The notes below the pieces were generated by a model. That model worked only from the letters and a program-made list of their open reading frames with translations. It did no database searches and was not told where the DNA came from. A stretch of DNA of 64,000 nt from Acinetobacter phage ZZ1: sequence record NC_018087.3. The stretch is one strand, 5' to 3'. The position numbers and the translations under genes are program-made. Positions within the stretch are counted from its first letter, which is position 1. Every line of letters begins with the position of its first letter. Below are positions 17,401 through 28,687 of this stretch, in pieces.

Positions 17401-19162
17401 TATTAAATGGTGGGTTGGTGTTGTTGAAGACCGAATGGATCCATTACAACAAGGTCGAGTTAGAGTTCGTGTAGTAGGTGCTCATCCATTTAGCCGTATT
17501 CAAGGCCCATTTTCAGGACTTCCTGTTGAAGACCTACCTTGGATGAGTGTTTTATTACCTGTCACAACACCAGCTGTCGCAGGGGTTTCTGGGGCTGTTA
17601 CCGGTTTATTACCAGGTTCAGGTGTATTTGGTATTTGGCTGGATAAGTATAAAACTAATGGTCTTGTATTAGGTTCATATTCTGGTAATCAAGCCAATAT
17701 TCCAAATTCCGAAGAAGGCTTTAGTGATCCGTCTGGTCAATATCCTGATTATGCCGGGCCTGATAGTTCTGCTCTTAATGCTGGTGGTGCATATGGTGAT
17801 AGTGCTGGGGCAAACGCTTCTCAAAATGCAAATACATCAAAAGGTCTTTGGCCGGGAGGCGCTGATATTTCTGGGCCGGATGATGATCCAAATTTCACTA
17901 TTGAAAAAATGTTACGCGGCGATGAAGGGGTTAAAAATACTGTTTATTGGGATCATTTGGGTTACCCTACTGTAGGTATTGGCCATTTAATTCTATATCG
18001 TAAAACCCGCGATATGAATACAATTTTAAAACAATTATCTGCAGATTTAGGTCATTCTGTTGGGGCTACTATTTCACAAGCCGATATCTCAAAACTGTTT
18101 ATTTCCGATTTAGGAAAGACTCAAGCTGAAATTAAAAAGAACCGTGTTACCGGCCCAGTCTATGCTAAATGTAACCGTTCTAGACAAATGGCTTTAGAAA
18201 ATATGGCATTCCAAATGGGAACAGGTGGATTAGCTAAGTTTAAAAATTCTTTAGCATTAATGGCGGCGGAAAAATGGGATGAAGCCGCAAAGCAGCTTAA
18301 AAATTCTTTATGGGCCAGACAAACTCCAGGCCGAGCCAACCGTGTTTGTATGGTAATTAAGAATGGCAATTTAGGTGCATATGGTGTTATACCTAAATCT
18401 AATACTCCTAATCCTAGTCCAAATGCAAAATTTAGTATGGGCTTTGTATCATCGGATAACAGTTTTGACCCATATGATCCAAATGATACTGAAATCGTAC
18501 CTGATTTTTCTGACTTAAAAGTTGGGGATGGTATTGAAGAAGATTTAAGTTTACCTTTTGTTCGTGAACCTTCTGCTACTCTTTTTGAAGAACCTGATAG
18601 TTCATATATGGGCTCATATCCATATGTACAAGCTTTAACTACAGAAGGCGGCCATTCACAAGAATTTGATAATACACCGGGTCAAGAACGATATCGATTA
18701 AGACATCCATCCGGTTCTTATGTTGAAGTTGCACCCGATGGTCGAAAAACAGACAAAGCCACAGGTGATTATTATTCATTAACTGAAGGTGATAGATGTG
18801 AATTAACATCAGGCGAACGTAAAGTTAATGTGGGTGGTACGGAAACATATATTAATTTTGCTGATGTAATTAAACAAGTTGAAGGAACTGTTAAAACTAC
18901 AATATCTGGTGATAACGAAATAACTATTGCAGGCGGTGAAACTAAGAAAATTACTGGTGATGGCACTATTGAAGTTGGTGGAAATGTTAAAATTATTGTG
19001 ACAGGTAATGCCAATATTGAAGTAAATGGTAATACAGACCTAAAAGTTGGTGGAAGTATGACTGCCAATATTTCTGGAAATTATACTATGAATGTTGGCG
19101 GTACCTATAACATAACTTCAGGTTCTGTTACTTGGAATACTCCTAAATTCGATTTGGTGTAA
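17381..19162 (+). CDS. 5: gp5 baseplate hub / cell-puncturing device with lysozyme domain
   Basis: N-terminus WWVGVVEDRMDPLQQGRVRVRVVGAH is T4 gp5-like. Lysozyme motif YWDHLGYPTVGIGHL. C-terminal VxGxxxV beta-helix repeats. Confidence 0.85.
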   Translation: MRLQSDDIKWWVGVVEDRMDPLQQGRVRVRVVGAHPFSRIQGPFSGLPVEDLPWMSVLLPVTTPAVAGVSGAVTGLLPGSGVFGIWLDKYKTNGLVLGSYSGNQANIPNSEEGFSDPSGQYPDYAGPDSSALNAGGAYGDSAGANASQNANTSKGLWPGGADISGPDDDPNFTIEKMLRGDEGVKNTVYWDHLGYPTVGIGHLILYRKTRDMNTILKQLSADLGHSVGATISQADISKLFISDLGKTQAEIKKNRVTGPVYAKCNRSRQMALENMAFQMGTGGLAKFKNSLALMAAEKWDEAAKQLKNSLWARQTPGRANRVCMVIKNGNLGAYGVIPKSNTPNPSPNAKFSMGFVSSDNSFDPYDPNDTEIVPDFSDLKVGDGIEEDLSLPFVREPSATLFEEPDSSYMGSYPYVQALTTEGGHSQEFDNTPGQERYRLRHPSGSYVEVAPDGRKTDKATGDYYSLTEGDRCELTSGERKVNVGGTETYINFADVIKQVEGTVKTTISGDNEITIAGGETKKITGDGTIEVGGNVKIIVTGNANIEVNGNTDLKVGGSMTANISGNYTMNVGGTYNITSGSVTWNTPKFDLV

Positions 19163-19164
19163 TT

Positions 19165-19620
19165 ATGTCAGATATTTTACCTATCAATTCTTTATTACCT
19201 ACAATTATGGAGGGTGCAAATGCATCCTTCACTTTTACACCTTCATTAGCTGCGACAGAAAAATTAATCAGTTTAAAAATTATTCAAAATGATTTTCCAT
19301 CATATATTAATGTTTCTGGTCCAACATTTGCTGGCAGGTTCGTAGGTTTATTTAAATTACAACCCGGGGCTTTAAAATATCGGAAGGGTCTTATTTATGG
19401 TGAAACTGATTCATTTGATAAGCTTCCGCCAAAAGGTCAAGCTCAATTATATTCATATACTGCGCCAACTGTTATGAAGAAAGACTTTCACCTTAAAGTT
19501 GAATTAAAATATTCAACAGAAGGCAATACAGAACTAAATATAACTAAAGACTATATTCAGCCTATACAGGGCGATTGGAATACATTTAGAGAACAATTTA
19601 TTAACTATGTGAGGTCTTGA
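19165..19620 (+). CDS. gp5.1-like hypothetical protein
   Basis: 151-aa ORF between gp5 and the PAAR protein. Confidence 0.45.
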   Translation: MSDILPINSLLPTIMEGANASFTFTPSLAATEKLISLKIIQNDFPSYINVSGPTFAGRFVGLFKLQPGALKYRKGLIYGETDSFDKLPPKGQAQLYSYTAPTVMKKDFHLKVELKYSTEGNTELNITKDYIQPIQGDWNTFREQFINYVRS

Positions 19621-19621
19621 A

Positions 19622-19897
19622 ATGCCAGCAGTATCTTTTAACGGTGCAATGACTACAGGGCATGGACCGTATCCACCGACTCCAATTAGATCGACACAAA
19701 CTAAGATGTTTGTAAATGGTCAAGCCGTTTTAGTAAATGGCGATCGGGCGGATCCACATGGTCATACTGGTATAGCCACTTGTATAGCAACTACTACAAA
19801 ATTATTCATTCAAGGAAAAGCAGCAGTGCGTATTGCTGATATGCTTACCGATGGTGATACTGTCGCACAAGGCAGTCCAAAATTATTTTCAAATTAA
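19622..19897 (+). CDS. 5.4: gp5.4 PAAR-repeat spike tip protein
   Basis: 91 aa, Gly/His-rich PAAR-like, at the T4 5.4 position. Confidence 0.6.
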   Translation: MPAVSFNGAMTTGHGPYPPTPIRSTQTKMFVNGQAVLVNGDRADPHGHTGIATCIATTTKLFIQGKAAVRIADMLTDGDTVAQGSPKLFSN

Positions 19898-19906
19898 GAG
19901 GCACAT

Positions 19907-21862
19907 ATGGCAGATAATCTACCAAAATATGCACACGGACAATTACAAAGAACAGTGAATGCTATTCCAGAGGTTTTTGTCGGTGCAACATTCCAAGAAA
20001 TAAAAACTGCATTAATTAACTGGTTGTCAGGTCAAAAAGAATTTTTGGATTATGATTTTTCAGGTTCACGTATTAATATATTGCTTGATTTATTAGCATA
20101 TAACACATTATACATTCAACAATTTTCTAATACTGCAATATATGAATCATTCTTAAGAACGGCAAATTTACGAAGTTCTGTTGTACAAGCAGCCCAAGAC
20201 AATTCATACCTACCAAGTGGTATGACAGCAGCATCAAATACCATTCAATTAAGAGTATCGAATTCAGTAAACCCGACTAATGTAAAAATTCCAAGAGGTA
20301 CAAAATTCCTGGCTTATGCTCGTGAAACTTCGGCTGACCCGTATCCATTTGTTGTTACTGAAGATGTAGTTGCGGTTCGAGACTTAGAGAATGAATATTG
20401 GCCAATTGTTAATCTAGCTCAAGGTCGAGTAGTGCGTACAGAATTGGTATTTGATCCTACTGAACCTATTATAATTAGAGATGAATATATTGATCGTAAT
20501 CATGTTCGAGTATTTGTAGATGGTGCGGAATGGACAAACTGGACGCATAATTCAATGGTGAAGGCTGGTTCAACATCAACGATTTATTATATTCGTGAAA
20601 CTGTTGATGGATTTACTGAAATTTATTTTGGTGAAGGGGAACAATCAATTTCAACAACAAATGGTGCATTATTTGCCAATTATATTGGTGGATTAAAACC
20701 TGTTAAAAATGCATCAATTGCAATCGAGTATATTCGTACCGATGGAGCAAAAGCTAATGGTGCTCGCGATTTTACATATGCAGATACTTTGCAATATATC
20801 ACTATTAATGAAGTAATTGAAAACTTTAATAATGATCCTGATTATGTTGGTGCTGATGGCGGTGGTGATCCTGAAGATAAAGAACGTATTCGAGAAATGG
20901 CTGCAATTAAACGCGAGGCCCAAATGCGATGTGTTACAGCTTCGGATTATGATGCATTTGTTTCTGAGCGATTTGGTTCAATAACACAGGCTGTACAGAC
21001 ATTTACAGATTCCGATAAACCAGGTTATGCTTTTATTGCAATTAAACCAAAATCTGGTTTATACTTAACAGCGGTTCAACGAGAAGATATTCAAAATTAT
21101 CTAAAAGAATATAATCTTGCGCCGATTACACCGTCTGTAATTTCACCAAACTATCTATTCATTAAACATAATATTCGTGTAACTTATGCTATTAATAAAT
21201 TACAAGAATCTGAGCAATGGTTAGAATCTAAAATTATTGATCAAATCGATCGATATTATATTGAAGATGTTGAACTGTTTAATAAGTCATTTGCTAAATC
21301 AAAAATGTTAACATTTATTGATAATGCAGATCATTCTATTATTGGCTCGAGCGCATCTATTGAATTAGTACGTGAAATTCAAAATTTCTTTGTAACTCCT
21401 GAATCTGGAATTAAATACTATAATACAGTTAAAGCCAGAAGTATTACATCTAATGAATTTCCATTTATCCCAGAAGATGCCGCTGCCGATGATTACATGG
21501 TAAAATTAGTATCAACAGATTCAGATTCTAATAATACGGGTAAAATTTTAATTGGGCCATTTATTCCTGGTGATATACCAGCCCATATTACACCTTATGC
21601 AGGTAATGATTTTAATAGATCACCTATTGGTGCACAAACTATGTATTATCAAGTGGGTGAAATTAATTACTTAACTGATTACATTTATTGGAATCTTGCT
21701 GCAATGGATGTAACTTCGGATAGATTCGAAGTACAACAGATTGAATTATCAGCAACACCTGAAACTGATAACATTTTTACAAAAGATGGTTCATTAATTG
21801 TATTTGAAAATGACTTACGTCCACAGTATACAAATATTATTTTAGAGGCAGTAACGCAATGA
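19907..21862 (+). CDS. 6: gp6 baseplate wedge
   Basis: 651 aa versus 660 aa in T4. Synteny supports the call. Confidence 0.75.
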   Translation: MADNLPKYAHGQLQRTVNAIPEVFVGATFQEIKTALINWLSGQKEFLDYDFSGSRINILLDLLAYNTLYIQQFSNTAIYESFLRTANLRSSVVQAAQDNSYLPSGMTAASNTIQLRVSNSVNPTNVKIPRGTKFLAYARETSADPYPFVVTEDVVAVRDLENEYWPIVNLAQGRVVRTELVFDPTEPIIIRDEYIDRNHVRVFVDGAEWTNWTHNSMVKAGSTSTIYYIRETVDGFTEIYFGEGEQSISTTNGALFANYIGGLKPVKNASIAIEYIRTDGAKANGARDFTYADTLQYITINEVIENFNNDPDYVGADGGGDPEDKERIREMAAIKREAQMRCVTASDYDAFVSERFGSITQAVQTFTDSDKPGYAFIAIKPKSGLYLTAVQREDIQNYLKEYNLAPITPSVISPNYLFIKHNIRVTYAINKLQESEQWLESKIIDQIDRYYIEDVELFNKSFAKSKMLTFIDNADHSIIGSSASIELVREIQNFFVTPESGIKYYNTVKARSITSNEFPFIPEDAAADDYMVKLVSTDSDSNNTGKILIGPFIPGDIPAHITPYAGNDFNRSPIGAQTMYYQVGEINYLTDYIYWNLAAMDVTSDRFEVQQIELSATPETDNIFTKDGSLIVFENDLRPQYTNIILEAVTQ

Positions 21863-24800
21863 CAGTAAAAGCACCTACAGTAACAAGTTTAACAGTTAGT
21901 AAACTATCTGCAAATAGTTTACAACTTACTTGGGACGATGTGGGTGAGAACTTTTATTATTTGGTAGAAATGACTAAAACAAGAGACCTTGGTGAAGCCA
22001 CCTGGGTCTCATTAGGATATACTGCAGATAATTTATGGTTTTCATCCGATTTAGAAGCATCAACATTTTATAAATTTAGAGTTGCGGTAACATCAGCCGG
22101 ATTTGAACAGTCTGATTGGATTGAAACCGAAGAATTTGAAACATTTGATCAAAATGCATATTCATTTGAATTAATGAATGAATTAACTTTAAATAAAAAA
22201 TTCATCGATGAAAAATTTATTAAAGGTAATAATGATTATGTAAATTTTAGTACCGATGTTGTTTGGGCTGCCCTAACAAATGAATCATTTGTATATTCTG
22301 ATGCATATTCTCATATTTCTCAAATTTCAAACTTTATTATTAAAGAAAATGAATACCATGAAATTCAAGGCGATATCACACCAATTTGTCGTGATATAGA
22401 TCGCATGTATCTAATGGAAGATGAAGGTATTTTGTACTTATTTGAACGTTGGCAAGCTCTTGTTAAGGTTTCAAATGATAGAGGACAAACTTGGAAAGCG
22501 GTTCAATTAATGAATGACCGGGTCGGCTGGCCATTATCAAAAACTGTATTTTATCAAACATCAACAACAAATTATGTATTGGGCTGGGACAAAGTGTTCT
22601 ACGGTAGAAAATCAACTGATGTACGTTGGTCTTCTGATGAAGTTAGAATGTCTTCTGATGATATCACTTTTGCAAAAATTGGTGATACATTACAATTAGG
22701 TTTTGATGTTAATATTTTTGGCACATATGCGTCATTACCGGGCGATGTGGCCAAAATTGCAGAAGCTATTACATGTAATGATGATTACATTTATGTCGTT
22801 GCTCGAGATAAAGTTCGTTTTGCAAAAGCAAAAAATGCACCGATTGATACTGACGAACAGTCTCCAACATATAAAGAAAAGTTGTTTGAAAAAGAATCAC
22901 ATTCAATCACTGGAAATCCAAAAGTTGTAACTTGGAAAATGGATTGTGTTGATGGTAAAATTTTTGCTCTTGTTGTTGGTGAAATGGCACAAGAAAAACA
23001 GGACCCTCGCAAATTCCCAATTCTAGATTCAAAAGATAAAGGCGTTTATATTTTAGAAGACCATGATACTGGTAAATGGACTCGTATTTTTGGTAACACA
23101 GAAGAAGAACGTCGCCGTATTGAAGTTGGTTATACCAACATGAGTTGTGATGACCGAGAACTTTTTATATCATCAAGCAATTGGCATGCCCTACCTGAAG
23201 ATATTGTTCCTGATACCGAATTGCCTGAAAAATATCCAAATGAAGTTGTAACTGCAGTTAAACAGTTATATCCAGATCAGTGGATTCATGATAAACATTA
23301 TTTGATGATGTCATTTAGGGCTAATGGTCATGACGGGTGGGATAAATGGGCCCCGGGGCGTATGCGTTATTATGCAGAACCGTTCTTCTCAAAATGTACC
23401 AATTCTGGCACAAGATGTTGGGTTAATAATTCAAATAAAGTTGTTATGGTGTATTCTGATGTAGAACATTCATACGCAATTGACCCATATACACAATCAT
23501 CGCCAAACCGATTTATGAAAGAAGTTTGGGACAAAGGCGATTGTACTGTAATTAGCCCGAATATTGAGTTTAAAAACTTTACACAATATGCAAATGGTAT
23601 TGTTTTTTATAGATACTCTGGTGAATTAATTGGGTATTATGAATTTAATTATCGTGTAAAAGATAATGTTAGAATCGTATGGAAACCTTCTAATATATTC
23701 TTAAAGGCCTTTTTACGTCAACAAACTAGAGAAGAGCCTTGGGCGCCTGATGATAATAATGGATATAATAATCCAGATTTACGTCCGTTTTTGACAAAGA
23801 TGATTCCCGATAGCTATTTGTTAGAAGATAGTAATTTTGAAAAATTCTGTCAATATTATCTTCAGTATCTTTCGGATGGCTATGGTACCCCATATAATAA
23901 TCTGGTTAATCTTATTAGAGACAAATACCCAAAAGAAAAACATTCTTGGGAGTATATGTGGAGCGAAATTTATAAACGCAATATTTACTTAAGTAAAGAA
24001 AAACGTGATCTTGTTGCAAGATTCTTTGAAACTCGTAAAAATGATTTTTATTCAACTAAAGGTATAGAAGCTTCATATAAATTTTTATTTAAAGTTTTAT
24101 ACAATGAAGATGTTGAGATTGATATTGAATCTGCAAACGGACTAGAATATGATATTATTGTAGAATCTGATAATATCACAGAAGACTTGGCTGGACGCAC
24201 TGTTTATACTGCAACAGGTCGGTCTAATGTTACTTATATTGAGCGTCATTATAATAAAGGCAAATTACAGTGGAAATTAACTATCCATAATTTAATGGGT
24301 AGATTTATTAATGGCCAAGAAATCTTATCAGAACGCACCAATTTTAAAGGTATGATTGTACAAGGTGTTCGAGGTAAAGATATGTCATCTAATACAATTG
24401 ACTATATTAATCGAGGTCGAGCGTATTATGTAATGAAGATTAAATCTGCATTACCTTCATCCCGATATAGAGATGATGTTTTACGTTTCGTGCATCCAGT
24501 TGGATTTGGTTTTATTGGTATTACTTTAATTACAATGTTTATTAATGCCGGATTAAGCATGAAACATGTTGAAACTGTCATAAATACATTGAAGAATTAT
24601 AGATGGGATTCTGGACTACCTTCATATTGGCCAGATCGGGTTGCTAAATTTGGCCCAGATGGCAAAATTGATCATGACGCTGTAACAGGTGAACCTTTAT
24701 ATAACCCACATCCAAATGCGGGCCAAAAATTTCCATTGCGTCCAACATATATGGCAGATAATCCGGGTTTATATTATGGTGTAAATGCCGATGACCGTCG

Positions 24801-24939
24801 TGTGCCAATGAGTCCATTATTTGATCAGTCTGCTGTAACTTTTGCGCGATATCGCGATCTTGTTAATAAACGACTAAAAGACGATATTGGTAATCCTCGT
24901 GATCCTAAAGAACCAACACAGGTAAAAGTTAATGAATGA
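21859..24939 (+). CDS. 7: gp7 baseplate wedge
   Basis: 1026 aa. N-terminus MTVKAPTVTSLTVSKLSAN is T4 gp7-like. Confidence 0.8.
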   Translation: MTVKAPTVTSLTVSKLSANSLQLTWDDVGENFYYLVEMTKTRDLGEATWVSLGYTADNLWFSSDLEASTFYKFRVAVTSAGFEQSDWIETEEFETFDQNAYSFELMNELTLNKKFIDEKFIKGNNDYVNFSTDVVWAALTNESFVYSDAYSHISQISNFIIKENEYHEIQGDITPICRDIDRMYLMEDEGILYLFERWQALVKVSNDRGQTWKAVQLMNDRVGWPLSKTVFYQTSTTNYVLGWDKVFYGRKSTDVRWSSDEVRMSSDDITFAKIGDTLQLGFDVNIFGTYASLPGDVAKIAEAITCNDDYIYVVARDKVRFAKAKNAPIDTDEQSPTYKEKLFEKESHSITGNPKVVTWKMDCVDGKIFALVVGEMAQEKQDPRKFPILDSKDKGVYILEDHDTGKWTRIFGNTEEERRRIEVGYTNMSCDDRELFISSSNWHALPEDIVPDTELPEKYPNEVVTAVKQLYPDQWIHDKHYLMMSFRANGHDGWDKWAPGRMRYYAEPFFSKCTNSGTRCWVNNSNKVVMVYSDVEHSYAIDPYTQSSPNRFMKEVWDKGDCTVISPNIEFKNFTQYANGIVFYRYSGELIGYYEFNYRVKDNVRIVWKPSNIFLKAFLRQQTREEPWAPDDNNGYNNPDLRPFLTKMIPDSYLLEDSNFEKFCQYYLQYLSDGYGTPYNNLVNLIRDKYPKEKHSWEYMWSEIYKRNIYLSKEKRDLVARFFETRKNDFYSTKGIEASYKFLFKVLYNEDVEIDIESANGLEYDIIVESDNITEDLAGRTVYTATGRSNVTYIERHYNKGKLQWKLTIHNLMGRFINGQEILSERTNFKGMIVQGVRGKDMSSNTIDYINRGRAYYVMKIKSALPSSRYRDDVLRFVHPVGFGFIGITLITMFINAGLSMKHVETVINTLKNYRWDSGLPSYWPDRVAKFGPDGKIDHDAVTGEPLYNPHPNAGQKFPLRPTYMADNPGLYYGVNADDRRVPMSPLFDQSAVTFARYRDLVNKRLKDDIGNPRDPKEPTQVKVNE

Positions 24940-25936
24940 TAGTTCAATGATTTATCGAGCGATAATCACATCAAAGTTTCGCACAGAAAAAATGCTCAAC
25001 TTTTATAATTTGATCGGCGACAATGCCGATCAAAATACAATTTATTTGACATTTGGCCGAGATACGGCTTGGTCTGAAATGGAAAATGAACCTGGTTTTG
25101 CCCCTCCATATCCAGTTGATAGCCCACAAGGTGTTCAAGATGTTTGGACTAATATGTTAGGCGCGGTTAAAATTAAACAGTCTTATCTTGATGCCGTAAT
25201 CCCAAGAAAAGACTGGGGTGATTCACGTTACCCGAATCCTCGCACATTCCATGTTGGTGATATTGTTGTAACTAATACTATGCCAAATAATAGAGCACCT
25301 GGTGCCGAAGGTTGGCTAGTATATAAAGTAGTCGATGTTCCTTCAACAGGTACATGTTCGATCTCGACTATTACCAATAAGCCTGAATGTAATAAACTAG
25401 GAGGTAAGTGGACGCCTTCGATTGAATCATTTAATATACCTTCTGGGCGGGGCGATACGGAAGGCCTAGTTGATACTGGGGATGGATATCTTTGGGAATA
25501 TCTTTATGAGATTCCACCTGATGTGTCTATTAATAGATGTACAAATGAATATATTGTTGTGCCCTGGCCTGATGAAATAAAAGCCGACCCTGTTAGATGG
25601 GGGTATCAGCATAATTTATCTTGGCAACAAAATGATTACGGATTAGTCTTTAGAATGAAGACTGTAATTATGCGATTTAAAGCATACTTAGATTCTGTAT
25701 ATTTTCCAGAAGCATCTATTTTGGGTAACAAAGGGTTTAGACAAATTTCTATGATTATGAATCCCCTTGAAGCCAAGCCAAAACCTACGGCGCCTAATGT
25801 CAAGGCAATAAAAGATCATTATTCACAAAGCGGTTTAGACCGACATTCAGGTGAAATGATTTATATAGAAAATAGACAACCTATTATTCGGTCCATGGAC
25901 CAAACAGAGGAAGTCGCAATATTTTTCGAGTTTTAA
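24932..25936 (+). CDS. 8: gp8 baseplate wedge
   Basis: 334 aa. MNDSSMIYRAIITSKFRTEKMLNFYN is nearly identical to the T4 gp8 N-terminus. Confidence 0.85.
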   Translation: MNDSSMIYRAIITSKFRTEKMLNFYNLIGDNADQNTIYLTFGRDTAWSEMENEPGFAPPYPVDSPQGVQDVWTNMLGAVKIKQSYLDAVIPRKDWGDSRYPNPRTFHVGDIVVTNTMPNNRAPGAEGWLVYKVVDVPSTGTCSISTITNKPECNKLGGKWTPSIESFNIPSGRGDTEGLVDTGDGYLWEYLYEIPPDVSINRCTNEYIVVPWPDEIKADPVRWGYQHNLSWQQNDYGLVFRMKTVIMRFKAYLDSVYFPEASILGNKGFRQISMIMNPLEAKPKPTAPNVKAIKDHYSQSGLDRHSGEMIYIENRQPIIRSMDQTEEVAIFFEF

Positions 25937-25938
25937 TT

Positions 25939-25965
25939 AAGGGGCCTTTGTGCCCCTTAAATTTT
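25939..25965 (+). terminator. intrinsic terminator after gene 8
   Basis: hairpin aaggggc-ctttgt-gcccctt followed by AAATTTT. Confidence 0.5.
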
Positions 25966-25966
25966 A

Positions 25967-25974
25967 TATAAATA
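25967..25974 (+). promoter_or_regulatory. late promoter TATAAATA for gene 9
   Basis: exact TATAAATA 24 bp upstream of the gp9 ATG. Confidence 0.55.
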
Positions 25975-25997
25975 CTAAAAATATAAGGGGACGTAAT

Positions 25998-26876
25998 ATG
26001 TTCAATCAAGAGCCAAAAACTAAAATTGACACTGGCGAGCAAGGTAACGCCTCGACTGGTGATATTCTATACGATGGTGGTAATAAAATTAATTCAAACA
26101 TGGATGCAATTTATAACATGTTTGGAGACCAACGCTTTTATAATCAAGGTGCAGCCGAAGGCAATCAAACAATTCATGCTACAGGCTATTATCAAAAAGT
26201 AGGGGCATTCGATTTTCCAACTCCTGCACCTTTAGGAACAATGTGGGATGTAGATTGTTCAAATGGATCGGTCGCTGTAACAGTTCAGCCTGGTAAAGTC
26301 GGTGAATGTATTGTAGTAGTAAACTCATTAGGTAATTGTAGCACATCTACCCCTATTGTAGTTAGATTGACCGGTGCTGGTTCATTTGTGGGCATTGGAC
26401 GAGATTTGGTAATTACAAGACCATTTTGTCGTGTTGAATGTTGGTGTATTGGTATTGATGCATCTGGAACTCCGATTTGGAATTTTTCACAATCATCAAT
26501 GTTTGGGTCTACAGAAGTACCGATTGAAAAAACAATTAAATTAGATGTAACAAAACCTAATGTTATACCAATTGCCCATGTAGATGAATATACTGCCATT
26601 AAGTTATTAATTAATGTGTCTGATACGGCTAATACTCAATTAAGACAGTCTGAAGCCTTATTATTAATTGAATCTCGTCCTGGTGTTCAAAATGTACATC
26701 ATACCGAATATGCTGTAATACGAGCAGGTCAAACGGTAACTGATCCAGACAACTTAGTAAATATTAAGTATGAAGTCGGTACGGGTTCAATAGTAAACCT
26801 AGTGGCCACAACAAGTAAAGTAAATATGCGAATTGCTGTTAAAAGTATCGCAACACAAAAAATTGGGTCAGCATAA
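25998..26876 (+). CDS. 9: gp9 baseplate wedge / long tail fibre socket
   Basis: Start moved to the internal ATG. MFNQEPKTKIDTGEQGNASTGDILYDGGNKINSN matches the T4 gp9 N-terminus. RBS AAGGGG. Confidence 0.8.
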   Translation: MFNQEPKTKIDTGEQGNASTGDILYDGGNKINSNMDAIYNMFGDQRFYNQGAAEGNQTIHATGYYQKVGAFDFPTPAPLGTMWDVDCSNGSVAVTVQPGKVGECIVVVNSLGNCSTSTPIVVRLTGAGSFVGIGRDLVITRPFCRVECWCIGIDASGTPIWNFSQSSMFGSTEVPIEKTIKLDVTKPNVIPIAHVDEYTAIKLLINVSDTANTQLRQSEALLLIESRPGVQNVHHTEYAVIRAGQTVTDPDNLVNIKYEVGTGSIVNLVATTSKVNMRIAVKSIATQKIGSA

Positions 26877-28687
26877 TGAAAGAAAATTTAAAAATTGGTA
26901 ATGTTGTTGATGACGGCACTGGCGATTACCTTCGCGAAGGCGGTATTAAAATTAATAATAATTTTAATGATTTATACGGTGAATTAGGAGATGGTTCAAA
27001 TCCCCACCCTGCTGGCGCCTGGCAAACTATTAAATCATCAGCATCAAATATATTAGCTGCAAAATTTGGTAAATCATATGCTATTGATACAAATGCAGCA
27101 AGGGTTACAGTTAATTTACCGAAAGGTACAGTTAATGATTATAATAAAGTTATTCGTTTGCGGGATACTTTTGGTACTTGGCAAGCAAACAGTGTAACAG
27201 TTGTACCTGCATCAGGCGATACCTTAAAAGGATCAAGCGATTCACAAGTTTTTGCTACAAATTTAACGGATTTGGAATTGGTGTATTGTGCGCCAGGCCG
27301 TTGGGAATTCTTAGCAAATAAATTACTTAATAAAATTTCAAACGGTGATATTGCAACCGTTATGAAAAAAGAATTTTTATGCACAGAAGGCCAAACTGAT
27401 TTCATTAATATTTTTGGTGATGCGGATTTTAATTTAGTTAATACACATGTATATCATAGAGGTAACTTACTTTACTATGGCGCTAAATTTTCTGCAGATT
27501 CCGATTATGGCTCACCTGGTACAGGAAATACTATTGTGCCATTGGATGGTAAAAGTATTCGATTAAGACAGCCAGCTCGTAAGGGTGACAGCTTAATGAT
27601 CGTCACCTATGTTGATGGTATTGCACAATGGCGTTCTACATATAATCGCTTAGATATTCAGCTATTGGACCAAAAATTAACTGATTTAAAATCTGTTAAC
27701 GGCGCCCAACTTGTAACCGACCTGGCAACTTTAAATACTATTACTCCAGAACAAATGGGATATACCTTAACATCAAATAGCGGATTAATAAATCCTTCTA
27801 CTTTTGAAGTGTATTTAAATGGTGTTATTTTAAATATGGCAGGCAAGGCCGGTACACCATTATTCATTTGTGATGGCGCTAAAGCGGATAATCAATCGGA
27901 TTGTGTTGCATTAGGCGGAGTTTGGAAATTATCAAATACAGATTATGCTTATACCTTAAATGATAATGGCGCAATTGAAAGTATTGAGTTTGGTCGAACT
28001 TTTGAACATGGTGATATTTTAACAATTAAATGGTTTAATAATGATATCGGTACTACTTTAGAGATGGACGATATTATTAATGAAGCTGATAAACACTATA
28101 TTCAACATGGCACTACTTTTAATTTAAATGGTAATATCCGTATTACTGATTTTGATAAACCACAATGGCCAAATATCGAAGCTGTAGGCCAGGAAAAAAG
28201 ATTAGTTCAAACCCCTATTGATCTATTTGAATTGGTATATCCAGTCGGAACAATTTATGAAAATGCAGTGAATCCAAATAATCCTGCAACATATATGGGT
28301 TTTGGTGTTTGGAAACTTTGGGGTCAAAAACAAGTTTTATTTGGTTGGACCAATGACCAGCAAGATACTCAGTTTGGTTTAAATAATAACGACATTGATG
28401 CGAATGGTAATCCAACGGCTACTGCCGGAGGTACGGGTGGCGTACGAGCAATAACATTAGAAAATAATGATTTGCCAGCTACTGTAACCACAGAAAAAGC
28501 ATTAGTTGCGGATGATAATGGTAATATTATCATTGGTGGTTGTCAATTTGATCCTGATGATGGTGGTCCTGCATATAACAAATATAGAGAGGATGTGCTT
28601 AAAACAAATCCAACACACACTCCGCCAAACTCTATTGATATTTTACCGCCATATATTACTGTTTATCGTTGGATGAGGATTGCATAA
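26876..28687 (+). CDS. 10: gp10 baseplate wedge
   Basis: 603 aa versus 602 aa in T4. Confidence 0.75.
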   Translation: MKENLKIGNVVDDGTGDYLREGGIKINNNFNDLYGELGDGSNPHPAGAWQTIKSSASNILAAKFGKSYAIDTNAARVTVNLPKGTVNDYNKVIRLRDTFGTWQANSVTVVPASGDTLKGSSDSQVFATNLTDLELVYCAPGRWEFLANKLLNKISNGDIATVMKKEFLCTEGQTDFINIFGDADFNLVNTHVYHRGNLLYYGAKFSADSDYGSPGTGNTIVPLDGKSIRLRQPARKGDSLMIVTYVDGIAQWRSTYNRLDIQLLDQKLTDLKSVNGAQLVTDLATLNTITPEQMGYTLTSNSGLINPSTFEVYLNGVILNMAGKAGTPLFICDGAKADNQSDCVALGGVWKLSNTDYAYTLNDNGAIESIEFGRTFEHGDILTIKWFNNDIGTTLEMDDIINEADKHYIQHGTTFNLNGNIRITDFDKPQWPNIEAVGQEKRLVQTPIDLFELVYPVGTIYENAVNPNNPATYMGFGVWKLWGQKQVLFGWTNDQQDTQFGLNNNDIDANGNPTATAGGTGGVRAITLENNDLPATVTTEKALVADDNGNIIIGGCQFDPDDGGPAYNKYREDVLKTNPTHTPPNSIDILPPYITVYRWMRIA